DNA of 64,000 nt from Stenotrophomonas sp. (GTDB lineage Bacteria; Pseudomonadota; Gammaproteobacteria; Xanthomonadales; Xanthomonadaceae), in NCBI GenBank assembly GCA_039592995.1, contig JBCNQC010000009.1, positions 18,956 through 82,955 of the forward strand. The letters run 5' to 3'. Both the position numbers and the translations under genes were made by a program. Positions 36,717 to 44,200 of the stretch are shown piece after piece; within the stretch, counting starts at the first letter, position 1; each line of letters starts with the position of its first letter. The notes under the pieces are model-generated. The model ran no database searches. It was not told the origin of the DNA and worked only from the letters and a program-made list of their open reading frames with translations.

Positions 36717-37574
36717 TTATTCGGCCTGCTTCAACCATTGCAGACGGGTGCTGGCTCCGGCTTCGCCCAGATGCTGCTTGAGCACCGGCATGGCCGGAGC
36801 CAGCACCTGGTCGAACTGCCACGGCGGGTTGAGCAGCAGCATGCCGCTGCCGTTGAGTCTCAACGGCGAGTCGTCCGGGCGCACCAGTAGTTCTACTGTA
36901 AGCACCGATTTGACCGGCAGCGCGCAGGCCTTGCGCAGGAAATGCAGCACCGTCCGGCGCTGCTTGATCGGGAACCAGATGGCGAAGCTGGCCTGGGCCC
37001 AGCGGCCCAGGATCTCCTCGACCGAGGCCAGGATGCGCTGGTACTCGGCGTCCTGCGCCTCGTAGGGCGGGTCGATCAGCACCAGCCCGCGGCCGATCTT
37101 CGCACCGTTGGCTTTCGGCGGCAGCAGCGCCTTGTTCTGGGTGTAGCCGTCGGCCTGCAGCACCGCCACGCGGCTGTCATGGGCGAACAGCGCCTTCAGC
37201 GTGGCCGCCTCGGCATCCTGCAGTTCGCACACCGCCATGCGGTCCTGCTCGCGCAGGGTCTGCGCGGTGAGCAGCGGCGAGCCGGGATAGTTCACCAGCG
37301 CGCCGACCGGGTTGTCGGCCTGTACGGCTTTGAGATAGCGCTCCACCACCGCGGGCAGTTTCGGCTGGGCCATCAGCCGCATCACCCCGTTTTCCGCTTC
37401 GAGGGTCTTGCGGCTTTCTTCGCTGGTCAGCAGGTAGCGGCCGGCACCGCCGTGGGTGTCGAGCACGAAGAACGGGCTGTCCTTGCGCTTGAAGGCATCA
37501 AGCAGGGCCAGCTGGACAATGTGCTTGAGCACGTCGGCGTGGTTGCCGGCGTGGAAGGCGTGGTGGTAATTCAT
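36717..37574 (-). CDS. rlmJ: 23S rRNA (adenine2030-N6)-methyltransferase
   Basis: This is the 3' part of the 612-aa track ORF. ATG 37574 gives MNYHHAFHAGNHADVLKH... (RlmJ N-terminal signature) and IDPPYE. Confidence 0.9.
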   Translation of the reverse strand: MNYHHAFHAGNHADVLKHIVQLALLDAFKRKDSPFFVLDTHGGAGRYLLTSEESRKTLEAENGVMRLMAQPKLPAVVERYLKAVQADNPVGALVNYPGSPLLTAQTLREQDRMAVCELQDAEAATLKALFAHDSRVAVLQADGYTQNKALLPPKANGAKIGRGLVLIDPPYEAQDAEYQRILASVEEILGRWAQASFAIWFPIKQRRTVLHFLRKACALPVKSVLTVELLVRPDDSPLRLNGSGMLLLNPPWQFDQVLAPAMPVLKQHLGEAGASTRLQWLKQAE

Positions 37575-37622
37575 GCGCGCAGTGTACGGGGCAAGGGCGT
37601 CAACGGCTATGCTGCGCGCATG
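37572..37622. repeat. Perfect 11-bp inverted repeat whose arms contain the start codons of divergent rlmJ and creB
   Basis: CATGCGCGCAG (37572-37582) and CTGCGCGCATG (37612-37622). Only 45 nt separate the two start codons. Confidence 0.85.
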
Positions 37623-38309
37623 AACGCTACCGCCCCTGCCGTCCTGGTTGTCGAGGACGAGACCGCCATCGCCGATACCGTGCTCTACGCCCTGCGCAGC
37701 GAGGGCTACCAGGCCCGGCACTGTGCCCTGGGCAGCCAGGCCCTGCAGCTGCTGCGCACGGAAACCGTGGACGTGGTGGTACTCGACGTCGGGCTGCCGG
37801 ACCTGAGCGGTTTCGAGGTCTGCCGCGCGCTGCGTGGTTTCAGCCAGGTGCCGGTCATCTTTCTGACTGCCCGCAATGACGAAATCGACCGCGTGCTGGG
37901 GCTGGAGCTCGGCGCGGACGATTACATGGCCAAGCCATTCTCGCCGCGCGAGCTGGTGGCCCGGGTGCGCGCACGCCTGCGCCGGGCGGTCGCGCCGGAG
38001 CAGGCGCAGGGCTGGCAGTGGCACGGCCGCTTCGCCATCGACCGCGACGGCCGCCGCATCCGCTATGGCGAGCAGCTGCTGGACCTTACCCGTTACGAGT
38101 ACGCGCTGTTGGCGGCGCTGCTGCAGCGCCCAGGCGCGATTCTGAGCCGAGCCCAGTTGATGGACCGGGGCTGGGACAGCGACGCTGACAGTGCCGACCG
38201 CACCGTGGACACCCACGTCAAAACCCTGCGCGGCAAGCTGCGTGCGGCCGGTGCCGAGCCGGACCCGATCCGCACCCACCGCGGGGTGGGCTACGCCCTG
38301 GAGGTGTAG
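37620..38309 (+). CDS. creB: Two-component response regulator CreB (OmpR family)
   Basis: ATG 37620. VLVVEDE...DLGLPD receiver domain. C-terminal winged helix ...VDTHVKTLRGKL...THRGVGYAL. Followed by creC and creD. Confidence 0.9.
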   Translation: MNATAPAVLVVEDETAIADTVLYALRSEGYQARHCALGSQALQLLRTETVDVVVLDVGLPDLSGFEVCRALRGFSQVPVIFLTARNDEIDRVLGLELGADDYMAKPFSPRELVARVRARLRRAVAPEQAQGWQWHGRFAIDRDGRRIRYGEQLLDLTRYEYALLAALLQRPGAILSRAQLMDRGWDSDADSADRTVDTHVKTLRGKLRAAGAEPDPIRTHRGVGYALEV

Positions 38310-38310
38310 C

Positions 38311-39777
38311 GTGCGGCTGGGGCTGAAACTGTTCCTGGGGTTTTTCCTGATCGTGGGCATCGCCGCGTTCTTTGTGATGCGCGTGTTCGTCAACGAGGTC
38401 AAACCCGGTGTACGCCAGGCCATGGAAGCCACCCTGGTGGATGCGGCCAACGTGCTGGCCGAAATGGCCGCCGCCGACCTCAAGGCTGGACAGATCGCAC
38501 ATGGGCGCTTCGTGCAGGACCTGGCGCGTGCGCAGCGGCGTGACCCCAAGGCCATGGTCTGGCGCTTCCCGAAACGCTCACTGGACTACCGGGTCACCAT
38601 CACCGACGCGCGCGGCATCGTCGTGTACGACTCCATGGGGCAGGACGTCGGCCGCGACCACTCGCGCTGGAACGACGTATACCGCACGCTGCGCGGTGAG
38701 TACGGCGCACGATCCAGCCCGGAAACGCCTGGTGACACCACCCGCACGGTGATGCATGTGGCCGCCCCCGTGTTCGACCCGGATGATGGCCGCACCCTGA
38801 TCGGGGTGCTCAGCCTGGCCCAGCCCAACCGCAGCATTGACCCCTTCATTGCCGCCAGCCAGCGCGCCATCATCGAGCGCGGCGCGTGGTTGATCGGGTT
38901 GTCGGCATTGATCGGCGTGCTGATGACCGCGTGGCTGATGCACGGGGTGGGGCGGCTCAACCGCTACGCGCAGGCGGTCAGCCGCGGTGAGCCGGTACCG
39001 CCGCCGCCGCCGCGTCGCGACGAGATCGGCGACCTGGGGCGCGCGCTGGAAACCATGCGCCGCAAGCTTGAGGGCAAGGCCTACGTGGAGCAGTACGTAC
39101 AGTCGCTTACCCATGAGATGAAAAGTCCGCTGGCAGCCATCCGCGGCGCGGCCGAACTGCTGCAGGAGCCACTGCCCGAGGCTGACCGCGTGCACTTCGT
39201 GCGCAGCATCCAGGGCCAGGAGCAACGCCTCACCGAAACCATCGACAAGCTGCTGGCGCTGGCCGAGGTGGAACAGCATGGCTGGCTGCAGAAGCGTGAG
39301 CGCATCGCGGCGCAGCCGCTGCTGCAGGCGGCGGCGGAGGCGGTGGCGGTGCGCGCGCAGGCGTCTGGTGTGAAGGTAGTTCTGTGCGACGCCGACGGAT
39401 TGATGCTGTCAGGCGATGCGTGGCTGCTGGGGCAGGCGTTGAACAACCTGCTGGAGAACGCGTTGGCTTTTTCACCGGCTGGCTCGACCGTGGAGCTCAG
39501 TGCGGTGCGCGACGGCGAAGCTGTGGTGCTGCATGTGGCTGATCGTGGCAGCGGCGTGCCGGACTATGCGCTGACGCGCGTGTTCGAACGCTTCTACTCG
39601 CTGGCGCGGCCGGCCACCGGGCAACGCAGTTCAGGGCTGGGGCTGTCGTTCGTGCAGGAGGTGGCGCGCCTGCACGGCGGGCGGGTGACGCTGGTCAACC
39701 GTGACGGGGGCGGAGCGCTGGCGTCGCTTCACATTGGCTTCAAATTCGGCTCAAACCCTGCACACGCACCGCATTGA
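38311..39777 (+). CDS. creC: Sensor histidine kinase CreC
   Basis: GTG 38311, 1 nt after the creB TAG. TM VRLGLKLFLGFFLIVGIAAFFV. H-box SLTHEMKSPLAAIRG. ATPase LENALAFSP...DRGSGVP...GLGLSFV. Confidence 0.85.
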   Translation: MRLGLKLFLGFFLIVGIAAFFVMRVFVNEVKPGVRQAMEATLVDAANVLAEMAAADLKAGQIAHGRFVQDLARAQRRDPKAMVWRFPKRSLDYRVTITDARGIVVYDSMGQDVGRDHSRWNDVYRTLRGEYGARSSPETPGDTTRTVMHVAAPVFDPDDGRTLIGVLSLAQPNRSIDPFIAASQRAIIERGAWLIGLSALIGVLMTAWLMHGVGRLNRYAQAVSRGEPVPPPPPRRDEIGDLGRALETMRRKLEGKAYVEQYVQSLTHEMKSPLAAIRGAAELLQEPLPEADRVHFVRSIQGQEQRLTETIDKLLALAEVEQHGWLQKRERIAAQPLLQAAAEAVAVRAQASGVKVVLCDADGLMLSGDAWLLGQALNNLLENALAFSPAGSTVELSAVRDGEAVVLHVADRGSGVPDYALTRVFERFYSLARPATGQRSSGLGLSFVQEVARLHGGRVTLVNRDGGGALASLHIGFKFGSNPAHAPH

Positions 39778-39808
39778 AGCTGGCACCCTCCCAAACCGAG
39801 GACGGGTG

Positions 39809-41131
39809 ATGAAGTCTTTGCACATGCTGTTGCGGTTCGCCATTGTGGGCGGGCTGATCCTGCTGCTGTTGATTCCCTTGATGATGATCCGTGGGGTCAT
39901 CAGCGAACGCGAGGCCTATCGCGACCAGGCCTACCTGCGCGTGGCGCAGAGCCGGGCCGGGGCGCAGACCCTGACCGGGCCGATCCGGGTGGTGCCGTGG
40001 CGGGAAACCCGCCAGGTGGAAACCGTGGATGCCGCCGGTATCAAGAAGACCGAAACCCGGGTCGAGGAAAGCTATTGGCTGCAGATGCCCTCCAGCCTGG
40101 TGGTGGAAGGCGGCATGCAGCCGGATGAGCGCCGCATCGGCCTGTTCCAGGTCCCGGTGTTCACCTGGAAGGCCAAGGTGCGCGCGGCGTTCAGCGCGGA
40201 CGACTACCCGGTACGCGAGGGGCGTGTCTACGGGCAGCCGTACCTGGTGGTCGGGATTGCCGACGTGCGTGGCCTGGTGGGTTCGCCCCGGCTGCGCGTG
40301 GACGGGCAGGCCTTGACCCTGCAGCCAGGGCTGGGCGACGTCACCGGCATGGGCAAGGGCCTGCACGCCCCGGTGCGTGGGCTCAGCGACGCGGCTGGCG
40401 GGATGCTGGCTGCCAGTGCGGTGGAGCTGGACCTGGTGCTGGACGGTACCCGTTCGCTGTCGGTGGTGCCGGTGGGGGATGACAGCCGCATCGGGGTGCA
40501 GTCCAGTTGGCCGCATCCGTCATTCGGCGGCAGCTTCCTTCCCAATCAGCGCAGTGTGGGCACAAACGGCTTCACCGCGCAGTGGTCGGTGTCGTCGCTG
40601 GCTTCGCAGGCGCAGCGCCAGCTGCGTGGCGGCGGTGACAACGACGTCGAGGCGGTCAGCGTGGAGCTGGTCAATCCGGTCGACATCTATACCCAGGCCG
40701 ACCGTGCCAGCAAATACGGCATTCTGTTCATCCTGCTGACCTTTGTCGGTTTCATACTGTTCGAACTGATCAAAGGCCTGCGCATCCATCCGTTGCAGTA
40801 CCTGATGGTGGGCCTGGCACTGGCGATCTTCTTCCTGCTGCTGCTCAGCCTTTCCGAGCACATTCCGTTCTGGATGGCCTATGTGGTGTCCGCGGTGGCG
40901 TGTATCGGTCTGCAGGCCGTGTACCTGACCGGTGTGCTGCGCAGTCGACTGCGAGGGTTGGGCTTTGCCGCGATGCTGACGGTGCTGTATGGCGCCCTGT
41001 ACGGATTACTGGTGTCGGAAAACAACGCGCTGCTGATGGGCTCGCTGCTGCTGTTTGGCGTGCTGGCCGCGGCCATGTGGGTCACCCGGCGAATCGACTG
41101 GTACGCGCTGGGCACGCGCGCAACGTCGTAA
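39809..41131 (+). CDS. creD: Inner-membrane cell-envelope integrity protein CreD
   Basis: ATG 39809. MKSLHMLLRFAIVGGLILLLLIPLMMIRGVISEREAYRDQA. C-terminal cluster of TM helices. Confidence 0.9.
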   Translation: MKSLHMLLRFAIVGGLILLLLIPLMMIRGVISEREAYRDQAYLRVAQSRAGAQTLTGPIRVVPWRETRQVETVDAAGIKKTETRVEESYWLQMPSSLVVEGGMQPDERRIGLFQVPVFTWKAKVRAAFSADDYPVREGRVYGQPYLVVGIADVRGLVGSPRLRVDGQALTLQPGLGDVTGMGKGLHAPVRGLSDAAGGMLAASAVELDLVLDGTRSLSVVPVGDDSRIGVQSSWPHPSFGGSFLPNQRSVGTNGFTAQWSVSSLASQAQRQLRGGGDNDVEAVSVELVNPVDIYTQADRASKYGILFILLTFVGFILFELIKGLRIHPLQYLMVGLALAIFFLLLLSLSEHIPFWMAYVVSAVACIGLQAVYLTGVLRSRLRGLGFAAMLTVLYGALYGLLVSENNALLMGSLLLFGVLAAAMWVTRRIDWYALGTRATS

Positions 41132-41144
41132 TTGGCCAGGCCGT

Positions 41145-41187
41145 CAACGCGCCAGTGCAGCTGTAGCAAGGCGGTACTGGCGCGTTG
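41145..41187 (+). repeat. Perfect 12-bp inverted repeat (hairpin with 19-nt loop) immediately downstream of creD
   Basis: caacgcgccagt (41145-41156) and actggcgcgttg (41176-41187). The loop contains ctgtag. No T-tract follows. Confidence 0.8.
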
Positions 41188-41233
41188 CCTGCAAATCGAT
41201 ACGGTGCGGAAACATCCACTCTCGATTTCGGCC

Positions 41234-44200
41234 ATGACACATTCGACGAACACCGCAGCGGCCCCTTCCTGTTCCCTCGTAACGACGCGCGCCACGTCAG
41301 CGCGCGCATTGACGTCGGCCAGTGGGCTGGCTCTGGGCCGAGTCGAAAACCGCGCCGTGGCACCTCCTTCCGTCATGCCCCCCCGCAGCGCTGAGGAACA
41401 GGCGCTGCTGGACGCGATCAGGGCCACCGGTGATCCGCACGCCGCTGCGGTTGCCGCCATGCTCGAGACGCGTTGGCAGCAGGCCTGCGACGCGGTCGAA
41501 CGTGACCACTACACCGCGAAGTACCGGGCCGTGCTGGAACAACGCCAGGCTGCGCGGGGGCTGCCGCAGGCACTGGGGCTGAACGCATTGCGTGCGGGCC
41601 TGGGGCAGCTGGGGTGGAGGACGCTGTCGCACGCGGCCCCCAATGTGGCGGCATTGACCGCAATGGCGCAGTTGGCCAGCAACGGCAACTGGCGGCAGGT
41701 GAGCGTCGTGTTGCCTGCGCTGATGCGCTGGCTGCCCATGCTGCGTACCCATGCGCATTTCGATGCGCTGGTGCTTGCGTTGCCTGCGGCATTGCGCGAC
41801 AGTCTGGCCGCGCTTCAACGCTGGATGGAAGACGCCGACGACCGCCTGGTCCCGCCACTGCGGGTCGATCCGGTCACCGCCATCGTAGTTACAGCGTTGC
41901 TGTGGCAGGTACAGCGCGCATTGCCGCGGCCGCAGACCGCCCTGCACGGGATGGCCGGGTTCATCGCGCACCTGCCTCGGCACTGGCAGCGGCTGTCGGG
42001 GCTGATGCGGACCGGAAGAGTGATCTTCGCGCCGGTCAGCCCGTCGTTCGACGCACCCCGGCAGCTCACCCATGTGCGTACGGTTCCGGCGGGCATCATG
42101 CCGGCCCCGCCGTTGCCACTGCAGGCAGCAGTGGCACCCGGCACGCGGGCATGTGGCGGTGACATCAACCCCGTCGCTGCGACGCCGGTGGCACCAGAAG
42201 CACCCGCGGACCGCATGGCCGCGTCATGCGCCACGCGGCTCGGCGACAACGCACTGGTGACCTTGGGGGCCGGCATGGCGATGTCCGGGCTGGCGATGAT
42301 CCGCTGGGGTTGGGCACTGCTGAGCGGCCAGGGCAGCGGCAGTGACCTGCCGCCCCCTGTCCGGCCTTCCGGCAATGCGACGCTGCCGCCCCTCGATGAT
42401 CTGGTTGCACTGCTCGACAGCGTGGTCGATGTGGACGGCGAACGCACCGTGTGGCAGGACCTTCACCTGCGGCTGCAGGATGCCGCGCTGCAGGATCCTG
42501 CCGACCGCGCGGAACAGGTGCAGCAGCGCCTCATCGCCAATGACCTGGTCAGCCAGGTGCTGGCGTATGTACCTTCTGGTTCTTTCACAAGTGAAGCCGC
42601 ACCTTCGCGTGTGCGCCGCGCGGCAGCGGGCCTGCACGGCCTGCTGGGACTGCAGTACGCCGGCGACAGGAAGGATGCGGCGCAACACAGCGCCCTGGGG
42701 GCGGCCAGCAAGCGGCTGGCCGAGGTGGTGGAGACGATGCCGACGGCGCCGGCGGATCCGGAAGATGTGATGGCGGGCAACGAGGACCGCGTCTCGTTGG
42801 CCACGGCGCGCATGCAGATGGCCCGCTGGTTGGCGCGGCCCGGTACCACCCTTGCGCAGCAGAAGGTGGCGCTGGCCACGGCGCTGCGCAATCTGGCGTT
42901 TTCCGACATCCGGCTGGAGCTGGTGGGCAACTGGCTGCCTGCGCTGGACAAGCACATCGAGGCCGAACTGGTGCAGCACATCCGCCAGGTCACCAACAAC
43001 ACCGTGGTGCCGTCGGCCATCTACCGCAATACCTTCAGGACCTATCCGCGCTGGGCCGAGTGGGAGACCCAGTTCGCTCAGCCCGATTCCCGCCTGTTTC
43101 CGCTTTACCGTCCTTATCCTGACGGACGCGTGCGCAGCGACATGGTCAGTTCCCATGACCTGGTGTCGGCGACCGTATTGAAACCGGAGACTGACATGGA
43201 TCGCACCGGGCTTTACTACAGCGGGCTGGCCATGGCGGGTCAGGGCAGCGGCCTGCCGGTGCCGAGCACCTACTTCCCTGATGAGGAGTGCAAGCTGGTG
43301 AGCCTCGCGCAGTTCAACGATGCCATTCGCGGTCGCGACTACATGGGCAGCTTCGGCCGTCGTTTCGAGGGTTTCGTTGCGTCGTGCCGGCACAACAGCA
43401 GCCAGCCGGAGGCACAGGCCTATGTGGATGCAATGCAGAAGCGGTTGCAGGGAGCGGGCACGCTGCTGGACGCCATGGGCCGGCTGGACGAGGCCGGCAC
43501 GTGGTTGCTGCAGACCCTGCTGCGCTATCCGACCCGCTTCGGGCTGGAACCGCTGGGACGCGCGCTGGCCCTTCCCGGGCAGGACATCAGGGTGCATGCG
43601 CTGCAGGCCCGACCCGCTGGCGGCGGGCAGGTGCCGCTGTACGGCCTGCTGCTGGTCCAGAGCCTGCCGTCGCCTGAGCGCGCCACTGGAGCGGTGCTGG
43701 TGATTGCACCGAGCCGGTTGCCGATCGTCGAGCAGTTCGCTTCCCAGGACGCCGCGCTGCAGCAGCTGCGGGGTGAAGTGGAGCCGCACCTGCACCGTTG
43801 GGTGGCGGTCGGTGACCACAACCGGTGGGCAAAGGGGGACGGCCCGGTGCAGCTGGGCGCGGCGGTGGATGCGCACCTGCTGTTGCAGCTTTTCCGCGAC
43901 GAGCTGGCGCTGCGCAACCTGCAGCTGCGCCATGCCGCCAACGCCACGGTTCCCGCCGCGCAGACGCGCCAGGATTATCTCGCGCTGGACCGTCAGCTGC
44001 GCTACTTGCCTCCGCCGGTGCCGATCCCCACGCTGGTGGCCACGCATGAACGGCTGGCTACATCTGCCGTGGAACCTTACGAAGTAGTGGGGGCGCACTG
44101 GCTGGGCAAGCGCGGCATGGTTGCCCAGGGCGTGCTGCGCAATGCCGAGCTGGAGGATGCGCGCTGGCTGGCCTGGCTGGGCACCACGCGCGGCCTGGTC

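Noticed and set aside
36942-37619. N-terminal 226-codon extension of the creB ORF (track ORF 36942-38309)
   Set aside because: The extension is antisense to rlmJ and has no protein-like features. The response-regulator receiver domain begins right after ATG 37620.
36717-38555. 612-aa minus-strand ORF read as a single protein
   Set aside because: Only the last 285 codons (from ATG 37574, MNYHHAFHAGNHADVLKH) look like a real protein (RlmJ). The upstream 327 codons are the antisense frame of creB/creC and are Arg/Ala-rich nonsense.
41132-41233. TTG at 41132 directly abutting the creD stop as the start of the giant ORF (implying tight creD coupling)
   Set aside because: This is simply the first permissible start after the in-frame stop. 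The 34 extra codons span the 12-bp inverted-repeat hairpin and look non-coding. The first ATG (41234) is preferred, but the true start remains unverified.
41132-41233. CreB-binding cre-tag (TTCAC-N6-TTCAC) upstream of the giant gene
   Set aside because: Reading the creD-to-ATG interval by eye, I found no TTCAC direct repeat. A proper pattern scan of the whole window was not possible here, so this is absence of evidence only.
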